Below, one piece after another: positions 63,560 to 64,000 of a stretch of DNA of 64,000 bases. The notes beneath the pieces were generated by a model. It was not told the DNA's origin and made no database searches. It worked only from the letters and a program-made list of their open reading frames with translations. Origin of the DNA: Lama guanicoe (taxonomy: Eukaryota); the NCBI GenBank assembly GCA_013239625.1, contig MU053881.1, forward strand, positions 3,102,001-3,166,000, read 5' to 3'. Position numbers and translations under genes: made by a program. How positions within the stretch are numbered: the first letter of the stretch is position 1; every line of letters begins with the position of its first letter.

Positions 63560-64000
63560 TCTCCAGCAATTCTCAAATCAGCATAGGTCATCTCAAGAAA
63601 GTATAAATCAGATCACACCTGCCTACTCCTCGGCTGAAAACCCTCCTATGACTTCCTGCTGTAGTTAGAATCAAGTCCAAGCCCCCTATCACCATCAACA
63701 TGACCTCTCTGATCTCATGTGTCACCACTCGCTGCCTCCCTCTGTGTGCCTCCGCCACCACAGCAGCTTCCTCCTTGTGCTGGGAACAGGCCTAGCTGGA
63801 CCAGACCACAGGCCATTTGCACTGACTGTTTCCTCTGCCAGGAATGCTCTTCCCCCACATCTTTCCACAGCTGCTCCAGTGTCAGACGCCACGAGGCCTG
63901 ATCATCCTACCTAGCGCAGTCACCTCCTTGCCACAGGGTTTTTCATATACCATCCCTCTTTCATTGTAACAAAAACACCACTATCTAAAATTATTTTGTT
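63560..64000 (+). mobile_element. L2 fragment
   Basis: aaatcagatcacacc...aaaaccctcc...ggccatttgcactgactgtttcctctgccaggaatgctcttccccca. Confidence 0.75.

Overview
Mammalian genomic DNA, most likely camelid (two tRNA-Ala-derived vic-1-like SINEs; no Alu, B1, Bov-A or PRE-1 seen). The window holds one protein-coding gene, HRH2 (histamine H2 receptor), on the minus strand. Inferred structure: non-coding CpG-island exon 1 (donor at 62130), a ~21.7 kb intron, and exon 2 carrying the 359-aa ORF (39936-38857). The stop codon of that ORF overlaps a splice donor (AG|GTAA). Splicing ~18.7 kb downstream to a terminal exon (20126 to ~17298, AATAAA at 17318-17323) gives a 414-aa isoform with a Cys-rich tail. 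Also seen: a frameshifted counterpart of an alternative human last exon, a candidate TATA/C-EBP/IRF/NF-kB alternative promoter, two same-family solo LTRs flanking the coding exon, a twin-primed L1, and an mRNA 3'-UTR retrocopy nested in an old L1. The rest is ordinary L1/L2/MIR/MaLR/hAT debris and microsatellites. I see no evidence for a wholly new biological system. Repeat subfamily names and human isoform comparisons are from memory, not from database searches.
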